Of a stretch of 64,000 bases of DNA, positions 57,698 to 64,000 are shown in pieces. Under the pieces are notes generated by a model. The model saw only the letters and a list, made by a program, of their open reading frames with translations, did not search any database and was not told the origin of the DNA. This stretch comes from an uncultured Gemmatimonadota bacterium (GTDB lineage Bacteria > Gemmatimonadota > Gemmatimonadetes > Palauibacterales > Palauibacteraceae), in contig CAZCLY010000002.1 of NCBI GenBank assembly GCA_964499635.1, positions 239,878-303,877 on the forward strand, given 5' to 3'. The position numbers and the translations under genes are program-made. Numbering within the stretch: position 1 is the first letter of the stretch; each line of letters opens with the position of its first letter.

Positions 57698-60091
57698 TCA
57701 CTCGGTCTTGAGCGCCCGGATCGGGTCCGCCCGCACGGCGCGCTCGGCCGGCACGTAGCTGGCGAGGAGGCTCGCGACGAGCAGGATGCCCGTGACGACC
57801 AGCAACGTGACCGGGTCCCTCGGGTTCACGCCGACGAGGAAGAGCGACAGCGCCCGGGTCACGATCAGCGAGGCGCCGAGCCCGATCACGATCCCGACGC
57901 CGGCGACCCGGGCTCCCTGACCGACGATCAGCCGCAGCACGTCGCGCCGCTCGGCTCCCATGGCCATCCGGATCCCCAGCTCGTGCACGCGCCGCGAGAC
58001 CGCGTACGCCATCACGCCGTACACGCCGACCACGGCGAGGACGAGGGCCACCAGCGCGAGGACGCCCATGATCTTGGGCATGATCGTCTGGCCCCCGATG
58101 CGGTCGGCCAGCTCGGTCTCCATCGTGCTCGCCCCGTACAGCGGCTGGTCGGGATCCATGTCCTCGAGGAGCGACCTCACGGGGTCGACGAGCGCGCCGG
58201 GGTCGCCGTGCGCCCGCACGGCGAAGGCGAGCGATCGGTCGGCGGACTGGGAACCCGCGAAGTAGATCATCGGCTCGGGCTCGTTGTCCGGGCCGTCCTC
58301 GCGCGTGTCGCCCACGACGCCCACGATGGTCGCGTCCCCGCTCGAGAACACCAGACGCTCGCCCACGGGATTGCGGCCCGGCCAGTGTCGCTCGACCAGC
58401 CGCTCGTTGACGAGCAGGACCCTCGGGCTCCCCTCGCCCTCATCCTCCTCGAGCATGCGGCCCGAGCGCAGAGGGATGTCGAGCGCCGAGAAGTATCCCG
58501 GCGTCACATCTGCGTACAGGGCGACCGGCCGGCGCTCCTCGGTCTCGTTCGTGCCCGGGAGCGAGTAATACGTCGCCGCCCCGCCGATGAGCGGGAGCGA
58601 GGATCCGGCGCCCACGGACTCCACTCCGGGGATGGCCGCCAGCCGCTCCCGGAACTGCCTGAAGAATCCACGGACGTCCTCCTCCGTGTCGTACTTCGTC
58701 TCGGGCAGCGTGACGCGGAAGGTGAGCAGGTTCTGGGTCTCGAATCCGAGATCCGTGGTCCGGAGACCGATGAAGGTCTTGACGAGCAGACCCGACGCCA
58801 CGAGCAGCACCACCGCGAGGGCCAACTCCGCGGCCACGAGCACGCCCCGCAGGCGACCGCCTCTGGCGCCGGTGGCGCCGCGGGTCCCGCCCTCGGAGAG
58901 CCCCTCACGGAGGTTCGGGGTGGCGGCCCGCAGCGCCGGCACGAGCCCGAACAGCACCCCCGCCCCGACCGCGACCATCCATGTGAAGCCGAGCACGCGC
59001 GGCGTGAGCCGGACGTCCTCGATCCCGGGGAACCAGGCGGGCATCGCCGCCACCAGCCCGCGGATCCCGACGACGGCGAGACCGATCCCCACGACCCCGG
59101 CGGCGACCGCGAGGATCAGGCTCTCCGTGAGCAGCTGCCGGATGATTCGACCCCGGCCCGCCCCGAGCGCGCTGCGGAGCGCGATCTCCCGCTCCCGTCC
59201 GGCGCCGCGCGCGAGGAGCAGGTTCGCGACGTTCGCGCACGCGATGAGGAGGACGAAGGCGACCGCGACCGAGGAGATCAGGCTCCCCTGGCGAAACCCC
59301 TCGTCGTAGATGTCGTCGCGGAGGGGCGTCACGCTGGCGCCGATGCCGCGATTCGTCTCCGGGTACGCCGACTCCAGGCGCGCCGTGACGGCGTCCAGCT
59401 CCGCGCGTGCGGCCTCGATGGTCGCGTCGTCGGCGAGGAGGCCCGAGACGCGCAGCCGCCGATCGGTGCGGGTCTCGTCCGCCGAGGGCTGCAGCGGGAG
59501 GAGCACGTCGGCGTTCCCGGACAGGAAGCGGAACCCCGGAGGCAGTACGCCCACCACGGTGTGCGGGGCCCCATCGAGGTTGACGGTCCCGCCCACGATC
59601 TGCGGATCGGCTCCGAACCGGCGGTGCCACACGGCGTCGCTCAGGATGGCGACGCGGGCGCCCCCCTCCCGGCCCTCCTCGGGCGTGAACACGCGGCCGC
59701 GGGCGGGCGTGGCGCCGAACAGCCGGAAGAAGCCTTCGGTCACGCGCATCCCGGACAGCCGCTCCGGCCGATCGCCGCCGGACAGGTTCACCCCCACGCC
59801 GCGGTACGCCGCCAGCTCGAGAGTCCGGCTCTCCTCCCGCAAGTCCCGGAAGTCCATCGCGGAGACGTTCGTCTGCGTCCAGCCCTGGATCTCGTTCGTC
59901 CCGTATACCTGGACCAGCCGGTCCTCGTCCGGATAGGGGAGCGGACGCAGCATGAACACGTCGACCGCGGAGAAGATGGCGGCGTTGGCGCCGATCCCGA
60001 TCGCGATCGAGAGGACCGCGAGACCGGTGACGAGGGGGCTCTTCGTGAGCGCCCTGAACGCGAAGCGCACGTCCTGACGTAGTCGGTCCAT
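57698..60091 (-). CDS. Duplicated MacB-type ABC permease (ADOP-like), solitary, convergent with the previous copy
   Basis: 797 aa. The N-terminus is MDRLRQDVRFAFRALTKSPLVTGLAVLSIAIGIGANAAIFSAVD and the C-terminus is RALKTE. Confidence 0.92.
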   Translation of the reverse strand: MDRLRQDVRFAFRALTKSPLVTGLAVLSIAIGIGANAAIFSAVDVFMLRPLPYPDEDRLVQVYGTNEIQGWTQTNVSAMDFRDLREESRTLELAAYRGVGVNLSGGDRPERLSGMRVTEGFFRLFGATPARGRVFTPEEGREGGARVAILSDAVWHRRFGADPQIVGGTVNLDGAPHTVVGVLPPGFRFLSGNADVLLPLQPSADETRTDRRLRVSGLLADDATIEAARAELDAVTARLESAYPETNRGIGASVTPLRDDIYDEGFRQGSLISSVAVAFVLLIACANVANLLLARGAGREREIALRSALGAGRGRIIRQLLTESLILAVAAGVVGIGLAVVGIRGLVAAMPAWFPGIEDVRLTPRVLGFTWMVAVGAGVLFGLVPALRAATPNLREGLSEGGTRGATGARGGRLRGVLVAAELALAVVLLVASGLLVKTFIGLRTTDLGFETQNLLTFRVTLPETKYDTEEDVRGFFRQFRERLAAIPGVESVGAGSSLPLIGGAATYYSLPGTNETEERRPVALYADVTPGYFSALDIPLRSGRMLEEDEGEGSPRVLLVNERLVERHWPGRNPVGERLVFSSGDATIVGVVGDTREDGPDNEPEPMIYFAGSQSADRSLAFAVRAHGDPGALVDPVRSLLEDMDPDQPLYGASTMETELADRIGGQTIMPKIMGVLALVALVLAVVGVYGVMAYAVSRRVHELGIRMAMGAERRDVLRLIVGQGARVAGVGIVIGLGASLIVTRALSLFLVGVNPRDPVTLLVVTGILLVASLLASYVPAERAVRADPIRALKTE

Positions 60092-60252
60092 GTGTCGGCC
60101 TCGGCGGGGAGCGAGGGGGGCCAGCGGCGAGACGGGCCTCCGATCTGTCCAGACTCCCTACGATCGGCCGGCGGCGCGGGTTTCGAGGTCGCGACGCCCC
60201 GCCGGCTGCGACGGGACGACCGGGTGCGGTCCCCCGGACGATTCCCGGTCGC

Positions 60253-60267
60253 GCAACCGTCGGCCCG
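60253..60267 (-). promoter_or_regulatory. Weak sigma54-like -24/-12 match
   Basis: The minus-strand sequence CGGGCCGACGGTTGC keeps GG and TTGC at the correct spacing but deviates elsewhere. It lies ~160 nt upstream of ATG 60091. Confidence 0.3.
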
Positions 60268-60351
60268 GCCGTCGTGTCCCTCCGGGGCGGTCGGGGGCCC
60301 GCACGGATGGGCCGACGGGCCGCCCCCACCCCCGAGGGTCCGGGAGTCGCG

Positions 60352-61755
60352 ATGTCAGGTCAGACCAGGCAGACCGCGCGGAATGGCGCGCGTCTGGTGC
60401 CGATGGCAGCGTGCGTGCTGCTCGCCGGTTGCGGGGGGGCACCCGGGTCCGACGACGGGCGGCCCGCCGACCTCGTGCTCGAAAACGCACGCGTGGTGGA
60501 TCCGGCCGCGCGCCGGATCCGTGCGGGGCACATCGTCATCGGGGACGGCGTCATCCGGGGGATCGCCGACACGCCGCCACGGAATGCCGCCGCCCGACTC
60601 GATGTCGACGGGGCCTGGGTGATTCCGGGCCTCGTCGACATGCACACCCATTCGGGCGCCAACGTGGCGCCGCCCCGCGTGATCGAGTTCGCCGGCACCG
60701 CCGAGATGTCCCGGCGGATGCTGTACATGGGGGTGACCGCCTTCCTCGACCTGTTCTCGCTGGAGGACTCGATCTTCGCGCTCCGCGAGCGTCGGCGCGG
60801 CGTACCGGCGCTCGCCGCCGAGCTGTTCGCGGCCGGGCCGTGCCTCACGGCGACCGGCGGGCACTGCACCGAGTACGGCATCCCGACCAGGGTCGTGGAC
60901 TCGCCGGCCGATGCGAGGGCCGAGGTCGCGGAGCTCGCCACGCGACGACCCGACGTCGTCAAGCTCGTGTACGATCACTCCGGATATCTGCCCACCATGA
61001 GCCGCGAGACGATGGCGGCCGTGATCGCCGCGGCGCGGGAGCTCGGCCCACCGACCGTCGTGCACGTGGCCACGTGGTCCGACGTGGAGGAGAGCGTCGC
61101 GGCCGGCGTCTCCGTCGTGACGCACCTGCCGCGCGAGGGTCCGATCCCTTCCGGTCTGGCCCGACGGATCGCCGAGGCGGGCACGTGGTACATGCCCACC
61201 ATGGTGACGCCCGCCGATGCGGTCGTCCTCGCACGCCAGCCCGCCCTGCTGGACGACCCGGCCCTCGAGGCCGTCACGAGCCCGGCCATCCGCGACGCGT
61301 ACCGGGACAGCACCGCCTTCCCCCCCTACCTGCAGGGCTGGCTGAGCGCCGCCGATTCGATCGTGTCGGGCTACTACACCTCGCTGCGCGCGCTCCACGA
61401 TGCCGGCGTGCCGCTCCTCCTCGGCACCGATGCGGGCAACTACGGCGCCTTCTTGGGCTGGTCAGTGCACCGCGAGCTCGAGCGATACGTGGAGGCGGGT
61501 CTGAGCCCGTGGGACGCGCTCGAGGCCGCCACCACCGCGCCGGGGCGCTTTCTCCGCCGGCCGTGGGGCGTGGAGCCCGGAGACGAGGCGAACCTCGTCG
61601 TGCTGGACGGATCGCCGATCGAAGACATCCGAAACACGCGGCGCATCCGGGCCGTCATCCTGCGGGGCGAGGTGGTCGATCGCGACTCCCTGCTCCACGA
61701 GAAGGGGCCCGGGCCGACGAGGATCCCTGAGCGCGGACCGGCCTCGCCTCCATGA
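60352..61755 (+). CDS. Metal-dependent amidohydrolase-superfamily lipoprotein
   Basis: ATG 60352 follows GGGAG. The lipobox is VLLAGC. The blocks are PGLVDMHTHS, VVHVATW and LLLGTDAGN. Confidence 0.85.
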   Translation: MSGQTRQTARNGARLVPMAACVLLAGCGGAPGSDDGRPADLVLENARVVDPAARRIRAGHIVIGDGVIRGIADTPPRNAAARLDVDGAWVIPGLVDMHTHSGANVAPPRVIEFAGTAEMSRRMLYMGVTAFLDLFSLEDSIFALRERRRGVPALAAELFAAGPCLTATGGHCTEYGIPTRVVDSPADARAEVAELATRRPDVVKLVYDHSGYLPTMSRETMAAVIAAARELGPPTVVHVATWSDVEESVAAGVSVVTHLPREGPIPSGLARRIAEAGTWYMPTMVTPADAVVLARQPALLDDPALEAVTSPAIRDAYRDSTAFPPYLQGWLSAADSIVSGYYTSLRALHDAGVPLLLGTDAGNYGAFLGWSVHRELERYVEAGLSPWDALEAATTAPGRFLRRPWGVEPGDEANLVVLDGSPIEDIRNTRRIRAVILRGEVVDRDSLLHEKGPGPTRIPERGPASPP

Positions 61756-61788
61756 CCCGCCTTGCTCCCCTCCGGTCGCCGCGGTAGC

Positions 61789-61811
61789 ATGACCTAGACA
61801 GTCTATGTCAT
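61789..61811. promoter_or_regulatory. 23-bp near-perfect palindrome, operator candidate upstream of padR
   Basis: In ATGACCTAGACAGTCTATGTCAT, 10 of 11 positions pair around the centre at 61800. It ends 21 nt before ATG 61833. Confidence 0.5.
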
Positions 61812-61832
61812 CTCGAACCCGAGCAGGCGCCC

Positions 61833-62174
61833 ATGGCAGGTCCCGTCGAGATCCTCCCCGGAACGCTGGAGCTGCTCGTCATGAAGGCCGTCGCGAGCGT
61901 CGACTCGATGCACGGCTTCGACATCCTGCGCTGGCTTCGAGACGCGACGGACGAGGCGCTCGTCGTCGAGGAGGGAAGCCTCTACCCGGCGCTGCATCGC
62001 ATGGAGCGACGCGGCTGGCTGGACTCGGAGTGGGGCATCTCCGCGAAGGGGAAGCGCGCCAAGTACTATCGGCTCACCCGCACCGGCCGTCAGGAGCTCG
62101 TCCGCCAGGAGAGGAGCTGGCTTCGCTACGTCGCGATCGTGGGCCGGGTGCTCGTGGCGGGTTCGGGGGGCTGA
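61833..62174 (+). CDS. PadR-family transcriptional regulator
   Basis: 113 aa with the blocks LPGTLELLVMKAVASVDSMHGFDILRWL, GSLYPALHRMERRGWL and KYYRLTRTGRQEL. Confidence 0.92.
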   Translation: MAGPVEILPGTLELLVMKAVASVDSMHGFDILRWLRDATDEALVVEEGSLYPALHRMERRGWLDSEWGISAKGKRAKYYRLTRTGRQELVRQERSWLRYVAIVGRVLVAGSGG

Positions 62175-62178
62175 GCGC

Positions 62179-64000
62179 GTGAGCCGCCCGGGACCGCCGG
62201 ACACGTTGGTGCGCAGGCTGTTCCGCATCTTCGAGCGCCCGCCCTCTTCGTCCGACGCCGTCGAGCTCGAGATCCGCCACCACATCGAGTCCCGGGCGGA
62301 AACGCTGATGGAGAGCGAGGGGCTTTCCGAGACGGAGGCCCTCCGGGAGGCCGAGCGTCGCTTCGGCGACGTCGGCCGCGTCCGCTCCGAGATGGAGGGC
62401 GGCGAGCGCCGGCGGCGCCGGGAGCGGGAGCACGCACGCAGGCTGCGAGAGTCGATCCAGGACGCGAAGTTCGCGCTCAGGGCGCTGCGCAAGAGCCCGG
62501 GGTTCGCGGCCATCGCCGTGCTGACCCTGTCGCTGGGGATCGGGCTCAATACCGCGATCTTCAGCGTCGTGAAGGGCGTGCTCCTCGACCCCCTTCCCTA
62601 CCCGGACGCCGACCGGCTCGTGTGGGGCGTGGGCTCCTTCAGCGGATCGGACGGGGCGTCCGTCTCCCCTCCGGACTACCTGGACTACCGCGAGCGGTCG
62701 ACATCCTTCGAGTATCTGGGGGCGCGACGGGGCGTCGGATCGTACGCCCTCACCGGGCTCGACACCCCGGAGATCGTGCGAGGGCAGTCGGTGACGGCGG
62801 AGCTGTTCGAAGCCCTGGGGGGCGCCCCGCTCCTCGGACGGACGTTCGCCCGCCGGGACGAGCAGGACGTGACCCGGGTGCTCGTCCTGTCGTACGCCTT
62901 CTGGCAGAGCCGTTTCGGCGGCGATCCCGAGATCATCGGACGCACGGTGTCTCTCGACGACGAGCCGTACGAGGTGATCGGGGTCATGCGGGCGGAATTC
63001 CGGACCCTCTCGGAAACCGACTTCTGGCGCCCGATCCCGCTCCACGTGGGCGGCAACCTGGTCCGGCGATTCCACAATCTCAGACTCGTCGGACGCTTGC
63101 GGTCCGGCGTGACGATCGAGCGCGCGCAGGCGGAGCTCGACGTCATCGCCGCCCGGCTCGAGCGCGAGCATCCCGAGTCGAACGCCACCTGGCGACTCGC
63201 GATCGCGCCGCTGCGCGAGGTGGTCGTGGGGCCCGTGCGCACGGGGCTCGTGATCCTGTGGGGATCGGTGGCGCTCGTGCTCCTCATCGTGTGCGCCAAC
63301 GTGGCGAACCTCCTGCTCGCGAGGGGGGCGGGGAGACGCGCCGAGATCGCCGTCCGCACGGCGCTGGGTGCGAGCCGGAGCAGGATCGTGCGGCTCCTGC
63401 TCGTCGAGAGCCTCACGCTGGCGGGGGCCGGGTGCGCCGCCGGAACGGGCATCGCGCTTCTCGGCGTCAGACTCCTGACGGCCCTCGATCCCGGCAACCT
63501 GCCCCGCATCGATCGGATCGGGCTCGATGGATGGGGGGTCGCGTTCGCGATCGGCGTGTCGCTCGCGACGGGCCTCGTGTTCGGGCTCCTGCCCGCGCTC
63601 ACGGCGTCGCGACCCGACCCGACCCGCGCCCTCAAGGCGGGTGGACGCGGTGGGTCCGGCGCGGCGGGGCGGATCCGGGGGACGCTCGTCGTCGCGGAGG
63701 TGGCGCTGTCGTTCGTCCTCCTCCTCGGGGCCGGGCTCCTGCTCCGGAGCTTCGCACGGCTGGTGAGCGTCGACCCGGGGTTTCGTCCGGACGGCGCGAT
63801 CATCGCCTCGCTGTCGCTCCCGAGCGCACGGTACGAGACGGCGGAGGAGGTCCTCGCCTTCGACGAGGCCCTCCGCGATCGGCTCCGGGCCCTGCCCGGT
63901 GTCACGTCCGTGGGGCTCACCGACATCCTCCCGTTGTCGGGCAACGGCAACGACACGTACATGGCGGTTCCCGGCCGACACGAGCTGGGGACGGAGAGCC
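62179..64000 (+). CDS. Duplicated MacB-type ABC permease (ADOP-like) with an N-terminal helical prefix domain, PadR-linked (3' end outside the window)
   Basis: This ORF is not in the track because it runs off the window, so I translated it by hand. GTG 62179 lies 4 nt after the padR stop. The prefix is ...ELEIRHHIESRAETLMESEGLSETEALREAERRFGDV... and the core is IQDAKFALRALRKSPGFAAIAVLTLSLGIGLNTAIFSVVKG. The frame stayed open through ~63360 where I translated it, and no stop was noticed beyond that. Confidence 0.88.
   Translation, partial: MSRPGPPDTLVRRLFRIFERPPSSSDAVELEIRHHIESRAETLMESEGLSETEALREAERRFGDVGRVRSEMEGGERRRRREREHARRLRESIQDAKFALRALRKSPGFAAIAVLTLSLGIGLNTAIFSVVKGVLLDPLPYPDADRLVWGVGSFSGSDGASVSPPDYLDYRERSTSFEYLGARRGVGSYALTGLDTPEIVRGQSVTAELFEALGGAPLLGRTFARRDEQDVTRVLVLSYAFWQSRFGGDPEIIGRTVSLDDEPYEVIGVMRAEFRTLSETDFWRPIPLHVGGNLVRRFHNLRLVGRLRSGVTIERAQAELDVIAARLEREHPESNATWRLAIAPLREVVVGPVRTGLVILWGSVALVLLIVCANVANLLLARGAGRRAEIAVRTALGASRSRIVRLLLVESLTLAGAGCAAGTGIALLGVRLLTALDPGNLPRIDRIGLDGWGVAFAIGVSLATGLVFGLLPALTASRPDPTRALKAGGRGGSGAAGRIRGTLVVAEVALSFVLLLGAGLLLRSFARLVSVDPGFRPDGAIIASLSLPSARYETAEEVLAFDEALRDRLRALPGVTSVGLTDILPLSGNGNDTYMAVPGRHELGTES

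Overview
High-GC (about 70% by eye) bacterial chromosomal segment with roughly 45 genes. I found no rRNA, tRNA, CRISPR array, transposase or integrase. The gene content, an extreme expansion of PadR-linked and orphan-type duplicated MacB-like permeases, points to Gemmatimonadota or Acidobacteriota, but that is inference only. Gene order from left to right: (1) a RimK-type ATP-grasp / GCS2 ligase / N-formylglutamate-amidohydrolase triad; (2) a TPR lipoprotein and a Trp-rich secreted protein; (3) a four-gene, translationally coupled operon of ECF sigma, anti-sigma, YbjQ and alpha/beta-hydrolase; (4) a membrane MutS-related ATPase and an EamA transporter; (5) a Spy/CpxP-like gene facing a canonical MacA / ABC-ATPase / FtsX permease operon; (6) a beta-lactamase-fold hydrolase; (7) a minus-strand module of ECF sigma, a 708-aa zinc-motif anti-sigma ending in a cysteine-less thioredoxin fold, a 69-aa secreted three-Cys peptide and a membrane-anchored 6-bladed beta-propeller; (8) a c-di-GMP module (REC-PAS-GGDEF-EAL, CheY-like REC, membrane GGDEF); (9) an S9 peptidase and a small OM beta-barrel. 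The right half (29.8-64 kb) is dominated by ten paralogues of about 800-aa duplicated MacB-type permeases (ADOP-like), which take up about 37% of the window. Six of them lie head-to-tail in one roughly 21-kb minus-strand cluster with one HlyD adaptor, two ABC ATPases and an NtrC/NtrB-type two-component system. That cluster is headed by a very good sigma54 -24/-12 match. Further sigma54-like promoters precede two other paralogues, and two more paralogues are PadR-linked and sit behind palindromic operator candidates. Limits: everything here comes from reading the sequence and the ORF track. I ran no searches or folding programs. Start codons are best guesses, typically uncertain by up to a few tens of codons, and family names rest on recognisable motifs only.
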